64,000 nucleotides of DNA from Dicyema japonicum (GCA_011109175.1 RDEW01000014.1:434001-498000), one strand, 5' to 3'; numbered from the stretch's first letter, positions 13,031 to 25,959 are shown. Program-made: numbers and translations. The notes: generated from the sequence alone by a model not told the origin.

Positions 13031-13507
13031 GCTGTTTACTATGACAGCCAAATAAAACATTGGCTTGTCTAAAGCTTAATTTCAAAAAGTTGGCTTAAAA
13101 TTTAAATTTACCAGATTAATAGGGGAAAATTCAATATTATTAACATTTAATGATTTTCCGTCTCAAAAATAATCTAACCACTAATTCTCCCGCTTCACCA
13201 AAGCGGAAAATTACAGTTACGCCAGGCTTGGGATGTTTAATGAGCACTTGCTCAGGAATTTCGTTCAAGAATTTAGTGTACACAGACCACCAAATATTCA
13301 GTATTAAATTAATCCTGAATTTAAAAATCATTAAATATTTAATTTTAAAATCAATTAAATCAATCAAATTTTATATTAACTAAAATCAAGGTGAATTTTA
13401 ACGAATTTTTAAAAACGCAATTTATTGTCAATAATCATAAAATATACACATTGATTAAAATAATATAATTTAAATATTCCAATTTAAAATACACTTATGT
13501 TAGTGTG

Positions 13508-16365
13508 ATGACTATGAATAATAAAAACATCATAACACGTTTGCCTGCTGAGACCACAAACGACAGAGGTTGGCTTTTTAAGTGGACCAATTACGTCCGA
13601 GGATACCAATTACGCTGGTTCGTTCTAAGGAATGGCTATCTTTACTACTACCTGTAATATCTTCACTAAACCCTAGAAATGAGGCTGATACCTTTCACAT
13701 GTGTCGTGGATCAGTGAATATTTCCAAGACCTATATATACGCTGAGGGGACGGATACCATTAAGTTGGTCGCACAGGGATTCAACACGATTTGGCTAAGA
13801 GCCTTCTCCACCAAGGACAGAGACTGTTGGCTCAAGGCTCTGCAAATCTCTAAACATCCTCTGTCCATTTTACAAGGTCAATTGTTTTGGTTATCAAAGA
13901 CGACCAAAGTGACTTGAGATCGGAATTGAATCTCGAATCGGGGAATGCTGTTGACAATGATTCTCACAAATTGGACAAAAATCTACGAGAAATCGACTCG
14001 AAATTAGAGTCGCTTACTCAGTGCCTTGAATCTGTGGACAAATATTCCAACATTATCATCGGGTGGGCCATTCTCAGTCCCAGACTCCCTACAATATCAT
14101 TGTAAAACTATTTGATTCCTAATCTTCATTTAAACCACCGTGTCCGCAATTCCACTTTTTTACTTTTTCTAGCATTTCTGCAAGTTTATTTTTATTTTCC
14201 CGCTTATTTGTTATACAACATGACCTTTCTTTTTCTATTACCTCCAGTTTTTCTATATTTGCCTGCCGTTCGGTATATTTCCCTAATTTTCATAATATTC
14301 CGCATTTTTGATATATTTCTTTATTTTCGTAATAATCCGCGGTTTTATCTATTTCCCTGATTATCAAACATTCTCCGTTTTGACATATTTCCGTGATTTT
14401 TTTAATTTCACATTGTGCTTAATCGGTTTCTAATATTGTGAGATTTTTATTATATTACAGCGATTTTGTTAAATTTCCCGAATTATTAATCTCAATAGGG
14501 GGATTCCATTGACCGCCACCGCGCAATCTGAAGCAGTGGCCAACAATGGACGACAGCTACAATCTTGTGTTGAAAAAATGCTAAAGGTATTATTTATTTA
14601 TTTGATTAATTTTATTTTTATATATTTGTTCTATTTAAAAAAATAGATTGCTGGAGAATTTAAACTGTTAACTGAAAGTATGGTTGATGAATGCAAAGAT
14701 ATAATTTCCAAGGAAAAGGAACACAACAAACAGCTCCTGGAGACGATCGACAGTTTTGCCAAGTCCCACAATCGGATGGAAGAACAGCTGGCTGTTTCAG
14801 GTGGCTTTTTTAACTGATTTCAGATAACCAGCTCTTTGATATAAGATCGAAACCTCCTAGCATAGTTTCGAACTCAAGGGATGATGACGAGGAGTACTAC
14901 AGCGCCAAGGAGGACGACTCTGATGAGATGTTCTATTCCGTGGTCACCCAATCGAATTCTTCTATCCAAACCATCGCCAAAGGGGTGATTCTAAAGGAAG
15001 AAGACAACGATGATGACATTGACGTCGTATTTGCACGTGGAAAGTGCAAAATATACAACAGGAGGACTCGAATTCCTGACAGACCGGCAATATCGATTGA
15101 TTTGTGGGGGATATTGAAAAAGTGTCTTGGTCGTGAATTGACCAAAATTCCAGTTCCGGTAATTCCCTTCTTTTTATTCTATCAGGTCAATTTTAGTGAG
15201 CCATTGTCATTTCTACAACGAATCACGGAGGAAATGGAGAACGCTGATTTGCTTGACAATGCTGTGAACTCTACGAACAGATTCGAGGAGATGGCGTATG
15301 TCTGCGCTTTTATAGTTTCCGCGTATTCGACCACAAAGCACAGAGTGGCCAAACCGTTTAATCCAATGTTGGGGGAGACCTTTGAGTTCGATTCATTGGC
15401 TGATCGTGGTTGGAGGACTATTGCAGAACAAGTTGAGCTACTTTTTTAGTTTTAGGTGAGTCATCATCCTCCAACAATGGCTCAGCATACCGAATCACGG
15501 ACGTGGAAATATGAGCACGAGATGACGGTAACAAGTAAATTCCGCGGAAAATTCATTAGAATCCTCCCACAGGTTTATTTCAGTCATAAAGGCTAGGAAG
15601 ATGTATTCTGACCATAAAAAACTCGGGAAACTGTTACTCATGGTGTCGTGTGGCTACGACAATCCACAATGTGGTCGTGGGGAAGCTTTGGGTGGATAAC
15701 CATGGAGCAGTTGAGGTACGAAACCATACAACGGGGGATTACTGTAGACTCACCTTCCACAGCTACAGTTACTTTTCCGCCAAAGCCCCTCGCCTTGTGA
15801 TAATTGTGGTTATTTAAGGTGACTGGGGCCATTTTTGATTCTAATGGAGAACTTAAGGTGTCATTACAAGGAAATTGGGACAGAATTCTTAATGCTTCCT
15901 TCCATCTGGAAAACGGGAGTATTGAGTCTACCGCCAACTTTGGACTTGTCGGCCAATTCCGTGAGCCATTTTGTGGTGATTGCCAGTGAGGAGAACTCCA
16001 GATGCTACAATTATTCTCGCTTTACTGCTGAACTTAATGAACCGGACGGGGAGGTGTCCCCAACGGACAGCAGAAATCGTCCGGATCAGAGATTACTTGA
16101 AATTGGGGAGTGGAGAGAGGCCAATGAAATGAAAGTGAATTTGGAGGATAAACAGAGGAGTTCTCAGCGGAAAAGGGAGGAAAAGGCAACTTTGGAGAGT
16201 AAAGTAAATTGCATTTTAGGCTCATCAACATGTTCCGGATACGAACCCACGTGGTTCTCATTGAGAAATTGTAAAGTTACGGGGGAAATGATGTTTATGT
16301 ATAAGGGTGGATATTGGAAATCAAAGTCAAACAATGACTGGACGATGTGTCCGGATATTTTTTAA
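13508..16365 (+). CDS. OSBP: Oxysterol-binding protein (PH domain, FFAT-like motif, ORD)
   Basis: GWLFKWTNYVRGYQLRWFVL (PH), DDDEEYYSAKE (FFAT-like), KPFNPMLGETFE, EQVSHHPP, DSRNRPDQR, ends CPDIF. Two 1-nt frame problems (about 15573 and about 15940) and one 397-nt intron. Confidence 0.92.
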
Positions 16366-16465
16366 CCATTTCACCTTTAGAAATTAATTATTGTTTTATT
16401 TATTTAAATTTAATTAATTTGTTATTTTCAATTTTAAATAAATTTTTGATTGATTCTTACCTTAC

Positions 16466-18308
16466 ATGGGTGACGAGGATTATTCAATTGAGAATGTATC
16501 CTTGATGATGTTAACCCTAGGTCAACTCGGGTGGAGTTGTGGTGGACATCACCAACAGTTTGATTAGGATTATGGCCCTCTCCCGTGGAGAAATTTTCTA
16601 TCATCTTGGAAATAGCGGTTGTTTTACTTTTAATGGTAGAAATTGAAAGAGAATATGATCTAGACGAACTTCAAGAGCAGTTTATCCACGTGGTTAGGGA
16701 AATGGGCTGGGAGTATATTTTTATGTGCGAGAGAAAGGTCGGGAATAGAATTGTTCGCGACTTTAGAATAAGAAACAAAGTTAAGGAATTTGATTTTTTG
16801 GAAACTAGGTCAACTTTGTTACCATTTTTTAGAATCGCCGTTGTCGGTAACGTAGATACAGGAAAAACTACACTTCTTGGAGTTTTAACTCACAACTCCA
16901 TTGACGACGGGAGAGGGTCAGCACGTGTTAAGCTGTTTAAGCACAAGCATGAGATTGTATCAGGAAGGACCAGTTCCGTTGGAATTAACATTGTCGGTTA
17001 CGATTATGAAGGGAACTGCCTCAACAATCCCTACCGCGGAAAATTGGACTGGGAAAAACTCTGCAAGAATTCTTCCAAAATAGTCTCCCTCATTGACTTG
17101 GCGGGACACGAAAAATACCTAAAGACCACGATCTCTGGCTTATTTGGCTATCTCCCAGACGCCTGCATGCTTATTGTATGCTAACCCTATTATTTAGGTC
17201 GGGGCCAATGCTGGGTTGATTGGAATGACCAAGGAACACTTCTGGTTGGCCTCCTCTCTGAATCTCCCGTGTTTTTTCGTGGTCACTAAAATCGACATGT
17301 GCCCGAAACAGAAATTGAAGGAGACCATGCAATCCATCATCGGGTTTATCCGTAGTCCGTATGTAAACCGAACACCTGTGAAGGTTAAAAACCTGGACTA
17401 TGCCTACAAGTCCGCGGAAATGTTCTCTTCTCTCAAGTTTTGGGTCTTTGATAGTCAGGCTTTGTCCCATATTTACGATTTCTAACGTCACTGGTGACAA
17501 TATTGATTTATTACGAACTTTCATTGACCTCATTCAACCAACAACCGGTTTCTTTGCTCCTTCCGACCATCTTGAGGGAATAATCCACAATGTCTTCCAA
17601 TGTTCCGGTAGTTTCCGTGATTTTACTGGCAGAATGTGGGGGTTGTCATTTCTATCATTGTTACTAAGGGGATCTGTTGTGTAAAGTCAACGACTTTATC
17701 GCCATTGGTCCTGATTTTTTCGGTAAGTTCACGGAAACTCTGGTGAAGAATATAAACAGAAGCAAATTATTCGTAAAATCCGCAACTCATGGACAACTTG
17801 CGACTCTTTTTATTAGAAGAGTGGGTTTTGGGTTGGACTTTAGATTGATATGCATATTCGGAAGGGGATGATTGTTACTTCTTCTCCCAAACCTCTGGAC
17901 GTTGTGCCCTGCATAGAATTCGAGGCTGTTGTGAAGGTCATGCAGCATCCAACGACCATAAGTTTGGGATATCAGGCGCATCGTTTGCCACGTGTTACAA
18001 ATTTACTAGTTCACATTGATGGAGTGAGGCAAACTGCTAAAATATTGAGGATTATTGGATCGGAAGTCTTGAGGACCGGTGATTCCGCAACAATTCATTT
18101 CCGTTTTATTAAACATCCAGAGTGCATAAGGATTGGTTCTAAACTTGTATTCCGCGAGTCCCTCACGAAGGTAGCTTTCAGTTCCATAGCGTAGGGGCTC
18201 GGGAGAGTTTCAAAATGTTATCCATTTGTGCCGAAAGTCCTCACTAATAAAAAGTTGGAGACGAATAAAGGCCATGGATATTTTAAGCGACATAAATTAA
18301 AGAATTGA
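16466..18308 (+). CDS. GTPBP1: GTP-binding protein 1 (translational GTPase)
   Basis: [72 protein letters not shown]; frame irregularity at 17607-17685. Confidence 0.92.
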
Positions 18309-18444
18309 TTTTTGGTGTTAATTAATATATTTTTTAATACTTTGAAAATAATCTCGTATTTTTAATCCTATTAGATAGTTCTTGGGAGTTTTTCGATCGT
18401 GTGGTTATATATAGCTAGTTAGTTGAGGATCTCTGTTAGATTTG

Positions 18445-18700
18445 TCTGCTCCTCCTCTTCCCTTTCCTACTAGTGTGGCGTCATGTGATCCAGGGTGGAT
18501 GAAAAATGATCATTTGCTCTCTCCCACTTTACTGGAGGAGTTTCCACAACTGCAATGAATGGACGTCTTTTATCTTTATGCTGGTTCCGGATGGAGTTGT
18601 GTGACTTTGAAGAACTCTGTTTCTGTAACAGTGGAAACTGGATCACTTAACTAGTTTTTTACTGTTTACTTCTTTCTCGGTGTATCCGGGGTTAATAATA
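18445..18700 (+). repeat. SINE-like family S2, copy 2 (5'-truncated, internally deleted)
   Basis: GTGGCGTCATGTGATCCA...GGATCATTTGCTCTC...GTGGAAACTGGATCACTTAACTAG...CGGGGTTAATAATA. Confidence 0.85.
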
Positions 18701-18966
18701 GATAGGTCTGCCTAGGAGGAGGTCCAAGTAATGGAGACATTACTACTCCTTGGCGGTAATAATTAGTTAGTTTATCCTGTTCTTCCAGTCGGAGTGTGGT
18801 GCATCTTTTCCGAGTATCCACCAGTATTGGAACTCCTTCGCTAGTGTAGGAAAGAGTAGGATCGCTTTTTGATACCACGTGGCACTTGGTCTCTACTGAG
18901 TTAGGTGGATCCCATAAATAATAGTGAAGTGATTTATTAACCAAGAAATGCTAAAGTTAAGTCTCG

Positions 18967-20244
18967 TTAAGTAAAGTTCTTAAAATAATGAGCTTCGACT
19001 TCAAAACTCTTGCAAACCGTCAAATACACCAATGAAGTGATAGCACTCACAATCAGACAAAAGTATTTAGGGAGGGAATACTTCGTAAATATCTCCCCCG
19101 TTCGATAATCTGAAAACATCACGTACCACTCTTTAAAAGTGAGTGCCAAGAACACAATTTGGAAGAAGGTTGTGTAAAAGAAAAATATTCCAATTTTTTG
19201 AGCAGAAAAATCCAATTTAATCTGCTTTCCCATAGTTTTAAAGAAAATGGCAAATAAAACAAATGACACCAAGAGCTCAATACTCGAAGGAAGCAGAAAA
19301 TAGTGGAGAAGATACTTAGAACTGGTGAACCCAGCTTTATCGATGTGTCCCAGTAGAATCCCCACTCCTGTAAGAATGCCAGCGACTGTCCAGACTCCGG
19401 CAAATAGCATAACTTTTATCATTTTTGACTTTCCAAAAATCTGGAAGGAGTCGAAAAAATAACAGAGAAACGTCATAACCCACCAGAGATTGCCGGCATT
19501 CAAGAAATAGTAAAAAGTAGAGAATTTCACCACTGAACAATCAAAATTTTGCAAAACGAGGACCGCAGTCATGCCGATATAGCAGAAACTCATAAACAGA
19601 ATGCACTTTTCCAAGAAAATCGGGAAAAATGACTGCGATAAGTAGAAAACAATCCCAAGGGATGCTAGCAGAGAGATCAATAATGCAAATTGAACTCCCT
19701 GCAGAATCTTGGTGGTTGATATTTGATTTGTTACCTCCATAGTTTGCTCCAAAATTTTATAAGGCGTGGTATCTTTGATTCTATTTTTGTTCTTTCTGTT
19801 CATGTTGCTTCCACTTGGATCACTTGAGGACTCATTGAACTCATTTATGCACACAGAATTTTTGAAGTAAATATTTGGGAGGGAAAAACAGTCGGTTATG
19901 TAAAATAGAGACTTCCAATGATCCAACTGGTTGTCTGCGGAACACTTTTCTTTTACTCTCAGACACATTTGCCGACAGGGATAAACAGGAAGGGGGTAAT
20001 TCTGTGCACAAATCGGAAAGAGGAGGAGACAAGCAAATAAAGCACTTTCTTGGTCACATTCAAACTGTAATTGTTTCAGACTTGTTTCCGTGGTTAACGT
20101 AAATTCTGCATTGGGGGACATTGTGAAGTTATATCCGAGATCTCTACATACCTTACTCTGAACTTTAACACATTTTTGATTCGCTTTTGGCTCTTTGGGG
20201 AGGAGAACTGACAAAAAAAACAGCAAAATTAGCATTACAGCCAT
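18967..20244 (-). CDS. fz: Divergent Frizzled-family receptor, intronless, 425 aa
   Basis: Signal peptide, CRD with 10 Cys in Frizzled spacing (C..C...GYN.T..PN...PCRQMC), 7TM-like region with YYF..A..LWWV and KIGIF; the KTxxxW position reads KSFEVE. Confidence 0.85.
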   Translation of the reverse strand: MAVMLILLFFLSVLLPKEPKANQKCVKVQSKVCRDLGYNFTMSPNAEFTLTTETSLKQLQFECDQESALFACLLLFPICAQNYPLPVYPCRQMCLRVKEKCSADNQLDHWKSLFYITDCFSLPNIYFKNSVCINEFNESSSDPSGSNMNRKNKNRIKDTTPYKILEQTMEVTNQISTTKILQGVQFALLISLLASLGIVFYLSQSFFPIFLEKCILFMSFCYIGMTAVLVLQNFDCSVVKFSTFYYFLNAGNLWWVMTFLCYFFDSFQIFGKSKMIKVMLFAGVWTVAGILTGVGILLGHIDKAGFTSSKYLLHYFLLPSSIELLVSFVLFAIFFKTMGKQIKLDFSAQKIGIFFFYTTFFQIVFLALTFKEWYVMFSDYRTGEIFTKYSLPKYFCLIVSAITSLVYLTVCKSFEVEAHYFKNFT

Positions 20245-20899
20245 AATTTGCGTAAATGAATTTATAAATATTAGAAATCTTCGGTAATGGGGGAAATCAA
20301 TATTAGCGAAGCTGTGTAGACGTTTGCGTGGTATTATCTGTTTTTAAAAGATAAAAATAGTTGTTTTATCGACAAAATAATTAAATTTTAAAAATATAAC
20401 CAATTAATTCTAAAGATGGAAGTATTAACAGACATAATTATCAGTCAGCCAAGTGGTTAATTGGGCAAAAGGTCGAGATACTGCACGGAATCTCCATTAA
20501 GTTTCATGACGGATGAAAACCTTTGTCTCCCTTCTTCCCATAAGCATGAGGTAATGGACTCGGGAGACTATTTTTGAAGAGAACCGTCCAGTGGACCTAG
20601 AACTATCCTTTTGAACAGGAGATGATGGAAGCAGAAGATATCTGAACAGAGAAAGCATCAGATGCACGTAAAAAGGGGTTCGAATCCTGCCCAAATTTGG
20701 AAGAACTCAGGGAATTGTCCGACAGGAGGAACACCTGTATATAATGATAGTTACTATGAGTTTATGTTGGTAATAATAATGTAATTATCATTTATTATGA
20801 CAGGCAAATAAAAGAAGTGATTATTATCGCCATTTTGCATGCACACTTGAACCTACCAATGCTGTTATACTATAATTAACAGGCAATTAGTTTTTGTGC

Positions 20900-20975
20900 C
20901 AAAAGTGACGCCGTCATCAGTGTTGCCACATTGCGGAACCGAACTGTCTACGAGGACTCGTACGGTACAAAAAAA
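20900..20975 (+). repeat. Partial S1 SINE core
   Basis: AGTGACGCCGTCATCAGTGTTGCCACATTGCGGAACCGAACTGTC matches the S1 core. Confidence 0.65.
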
Positions 20976-21799
20976 TGTTAGGTACGTTCTTGATATCTCG
21001 GCCCCTCCATTAGTTAGTTAAGTAACCCCAGCCATACTAATTTGAGGCTCCTCTTATTGCAAAAAAGTGTGTGTTCCACCTAAGTGGGGGTGGAAACGTT
21101 GCTACTATATCTGACTGTTTCTGAGAAATATAGTCATGCCTTTTTTTGACAAGAATCATCGATGGGCGAAAAAGATGACACGTGGCGTGATTACATATTG
21201 ATTAATTTTTTGTTTTTAGTGAACAAATTTTTGAAGCGTGATTAATTAATTATTTGTTAACAAGATGGCAGTCCCCCACTGAGCTGATTATTCAGTTAGA
21301 CTCATCTTTATTACTTTCAGTCTTAGATTCAACTTTTGTAACCTTAACTGTTGTTCTGAGTGAGCTTTGGGAATTTTGTTTACTGTAAGGATTAAGATGC
21401 CACATTTTCTCTTCGCAATCAGTGGGTTCATTAAATGTTTCAATATTAACCGAGTTAGTGGCTAATTAGCCGGAAGGTTGAGATGGTGACGTACCTCTAT
21501 TGCACGAAATGTCCAATTGGCTTCATGATGGATGAATGCTTCGCGAGCATGGACGAGGTGACCGACTCAGGAGATGTAAAAACTTGATACTCTGAATGAT
21601 GGAAGTCACAGAAGTGCTGGGTTCGAATCCCGTTAAAGGAACTTTGAGGATCATCTGTCAGAAGCTGACATGTGTTAACGACTAGGGTTTTCCTGCCACA
21701 CGGAACGATGGTCATTCCATTGGCCACCTCGATGACCCTTCTCTGCTTAGGTCATTCATTTGAATTCTCGAGTAAGGTGTCCACTTCTCTCAGCCTTCT

Positions 21800-23260
21800 T
21801 CGATCTTTTCACTTGATATGCTAGTCTTTGACATTTGTAGAGGGAAATCATCCCGTATTTATATTTGATACACATACTCTTCACCTTAAGCAAGTGATGG
21901 CTGTCCACCGTAAGCAAATACCGTCTCAGACTGGTACCAGGGGTACTATATTCTCTTCAACATGAATTAATGCTAATTCACTCATCGATAAATCGTATTT
22001 CTGTAGCTTCTCTACCTTGACTGGCTGTAAGGCCTGCTGCATGGCAATCCGAACATTGCCCAGAGGTATCGTTCACGAAGACATCCGGCTTATTATTTCG
22101 TACCTTTGTTTCCGTGCTTATTGTTAAATCCATTCTAATCTCCAGAGTCACTTGTAACAACAGATTTCACAGAATTTTTAATCTCTCTGACTCCTTTATA
22201 CCGTATGATGCAGACGTATGTACCTCACTACTTCTTTTTGCCACTCTTCAGCATTCAACCACCTCCTGGTACCAATTGGTCGGTGCTTTTTTCGGAAGAA
22301 TTACAGTGTTTCAATTTACCCCAAAAGGAAACGATCCCAAAGAGATTCCAGTAGAGAGGTCAATAACGCAAATGAAGTCCCGGGAGAATTTAGTGGTCGA
22401 TATTCGATTAGTTAGCTCCAGTGAAAAATAAGTTAAGACGAGGAACAGGTTTTCTTCAGATCTAAGAGGGTTGTTCTCGTAACTTGTGAGAAGATTCAGC
22501 AAAGTTGATATCATGACCTGAAAAGAATTGGATTTAATGGATTTTCCGTATTTGTTCGACTAAGTCCGGATTAATAATACAAGACTCTATATTTTTGGTT
22601 GAGGAATTCTAAGATTATGGCCACACGTGTTTTCTTGATTTAATGGTCCTATAGAATCCCTGCTTTCGTCAGACAATATCGACTCTTATCAAGATCTCGG
22701 ATGAATTGGAGAAGCATCCGTTCACTTTTATGCGTGATGGATACCAATCCTCTTCCAAGCCGGTCTCTTGTTAGGTGAAGTCTTTGTTGTTAAGTTTCAG
22801 ATGAATCCGATGACGTACAAGGATACCTTTACTCGATAAGTTCAAATTAGGTAACTCGAAAAAAAGAAGATTCACTGACATCGATGCCCGGTGGATGGCG
22901 ACAAGAAGCTTGTTCAATCCAAGTCTTGAATCGCATTCGTAGACATCCAGTCGTATATATTTGGTACCATCCTCGTTTATCTCCTAGAGTAGGTATTACC
23001 CTCCTTTTGTTAGTGGAGAGTCAAAAGCAGTGGGTAGGGTTGTCCGATTTTTTGGATTTCTCCAGGAATTGTAGTCCTGATCCGTAATTGGTAGTATTTG
23101 TGACTCCCAATGGAGGTAACTCGATGTGGTAACTATGAAGAGATAGGGCATTTTCAGTGACAATGCTGAGCAGATTACTCGAGTTAAATTTTATCTTGGC
23201 TAAATTGTCGATCCTCTTTTTACCCCATTGAAGACAGACTTCAACACTTCGTTCTTTCAA
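21800..23260 (-). mobile_element. Decayed RLE-type non-LTR retrotransposon (R4/Dong-like)
   Basis: RLHLTRDRLGRGLVS (RLY.PR..GGRGL motif) and TISTETKVRNNKPDVFV (N.PD endonuclease motif), with many stops. Confidence 0.65.
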
Positions 23261-23329
23261 GACGTTGTTTTTTTCTATTATCTAAAACGCCAAGTATACC
23301 CATCCACCAAGCAAACTAGCTTCACACTC

Positions 23330-25935
23330 CAAGTCCCACACATTAATAGCAGACTTTTTGATAAAACTATTTCCCATAGACTTCAAGAAATCAATTATGG
23401 TTTATGAATTTTTTTTATAGAATCATAGTTTCGAATTTTCCACAGTCTTTATTTCATCTGAATACAAGTATTTTTTCTCGATGCTCCGATCGTGACCCCA
23501 CACATTTTCTATACGGACGGGGGTCTTTTTCCCCTTCTCTTGAAATTGCCTCCAGTTGCCTCTATGATAGACTCGAGTGTTCTGGGGGCAATTTCTTTAT
23601 CTGTATATTTTTCCAGTAATTTTATTGCTCTTGACTGGATCTCTTGAATTTTTATTAGGTTCGTTGCCGACAAGCATGCACATGCATAGCCTATTGTTGG
23701 CTCGATACTGTGTCTCGATACCTGGCGGATAAATTCCTCCACAGTTCCAAAGGAAGGCTTTTAAAAATTGATCTTCTTTGCACAGGTTGATATGATGGAT
23801 TCCATATGGACTGAGAAGCAGAGGAAAGTATCAAAAGTTACTCCCAGTATCTTCTGCGATTTCTTTTGTGGTATAGGTACTCCATTTAACGTGACATCAA
23901 TTTTTTGCGTTCCCATCTTTCTATTCTTAGTAAATAGAGTGACTGCTGACTTTCCGGAACATGCATTTAATCGATTTTCGCACAACCATCCAAATATGTT
24001 ATTTAGTATTCCTTGTAGTCTTTCTTTAGCATGTTCGACATTTACGTCCCTAGATGCGACAACTATGTCATCGGCATAGGAAAGTAGCATGTCATTATTA
24101 TTCATAGGTACGGGGAGATCACTCAGAAACAAATTAAAAAGGATTGGTGACAGAGGAGATCCCTGGGGTACACCATTGGGTAATAATCTCGATCTGGAAC
24201 TCTTGTTTCCGACGCACACTTTCCCTCGGCGTCTACTTAAGAAATTTGCTATCCATAACTTTAGTGGTGCAGCAATTTTTGTCAAAAATATTTTTGTATG
24301 AGGATCTTCCTTGGGATAGAGTCGAATGCTTTTTGAATGTCGATTGTACATATGATTGATTTTTTCTGTTTTGCTTTGTTCTTATGTCCTTCAATTACGA
24401 ACTTCACTAATGTTATTAGGAAGGATGTTGTTGATGATCCTTTCTTGAAGCCATGTTGGAGTGTAGGTTGTAGGAGAGAGGGGAGAATAAGTTTTAGGAC
24501 CAGTTTCTCCAGGATTCTCGACAAAACACATATAAGGGAGACTGGTCTGTAAGAGCCGGGATCGTTCTTCTGTCTTCCTGGTTTCAATATTGGACGAATT
24601 TCTGATAGTTTCCATAAAGTCGGTATGGTATTTATGTTTAGCGATGTGTTGTAGATGATTGTCAATGCATTTATTGATGCTGGGTCCAAGTGTTTCAGCA
24701 GAATACGAGGAACTCCGTCTGGGTCACATGAGTTTGTTTTTTTCTGATATGATATTGCTTTGGATACATCTTTAGAAGAAAATAAATAAGCGGGGCCATT
24801 TTGGATGGCTTTCTTTTTATTTTCGGTGTGTGTTAATCTTTTTATAAAAAATGTGACTAATTCGGTTACAATGTTTCATAAATTTATTCAGATTGAACTG
24901 GCATTGTTATTTTTTATCTTCGTATTCTGGGTTCTTTAGACGCCTCAACATTTCCACATGTTGGAAATTGAGGTCTGATTATTCATGGCAGCAAAGATTC
25001 GCATGAGTTTCTTCCTACGGGTGTTGTTCGTGTTTTTCGTGATCAGAATGTTTAGTCCCCTGAGTCGATTAATGACCTCTCGTGAACGTTGTTTTTTTCC
25101 ATAATTATTTTCTTTGTTTTTGAGTCGTATTTCAATTTTTCGTTTTTTATATATGCTTTTCTGATAAAAATATTTCTCCGTCAATGATTGTTTTGTTGAA
25201 ATAGTATACAGCTTTGTCTATGGAGAAGAAATTTTCAGATTGGAAATGTTGCAGTTTTGAATCAACGAAATTTGTAAAGCCAGTTTTGCATTTTTGTAAT
25301 CATAGAAATGAATAGGCTTCGGTACAAAACGTGGCTCGCAGTTCAGCTTCATTATCATTGAATGGTGGTCACTCCGGAGGTCATAAAGGACCGTCCAATT
25401 AATGATCGGGAAAGACGAGGCGAGCAGATTGATAAGTCCGGAGATGTCACCATGTCCTTCGTGTTGTATGGCGTCCTAGTGCTGTTGATGATTATGAAGT
25501 TTTGCATTTGGGATAATAGCAGGCTTCCTCTGTTATCAGCGACCTGGTAGCGGAACCAAGAAGGGTGCTTCGCATTCAGGTCTCCACATAAAAGCAAGTT
25601 CTCCAGTTTGTCCAAGGTCGATAGGTCAAAGCAGAAATTTTTTTGCAGGAACCAGGAGGAGGAACATAAACATTCGCAATTTCATTTTTTCCAATGGAAG
25701 TTACAACAGAGATTCCAATTATCTCCGTGTTCGAGTCTTCCATTAGGCTCTTGTAAGGAGAAGGGTTCTCGAGGTATTTTATTCCTTTTCTCACAAGAGT
25801 CAGTAGACCCTCTCCTTGGCCAGATGGGCGGTCGGATCTTATTGTGTTGTATCCGTTAAAGAGAGGAGTAGGAATGTTATTTGAAAGCTTCGTTTCCTGG
25901 AGAAGGCAGATGTCTACTCTGTTCCTCTCCAAAAG
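23330..25935 (-). mobile_element. Near full-length ORF2 of family A LINE (APE endonuclease + RT), frameshifted
   Basis: DICLLQETKL and LLLCGDLNAKHPSW (APE); PGSYRPVSLICVLSRILEK, QHGFKKGSST, IDIQKAFD, GVPQGSPLSPILFN, SYADD, KILGVTFD (RT). Confidence 0.92.
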
Positions 25936-25959
25936 TTCGAAAAAAATTTTACATAAAAA

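Noticed and set aside
13140-13383. Overlapping short ORFs upstream of OSBP
   Set aside because: AT-rich, no homology recognised and no consistent spliced continuation.
14112-14360. Hydrophobic 82-aa ORF
   Set aside because: Lies within the T-rich 397-nt OSBP intron; a compositional artefact.
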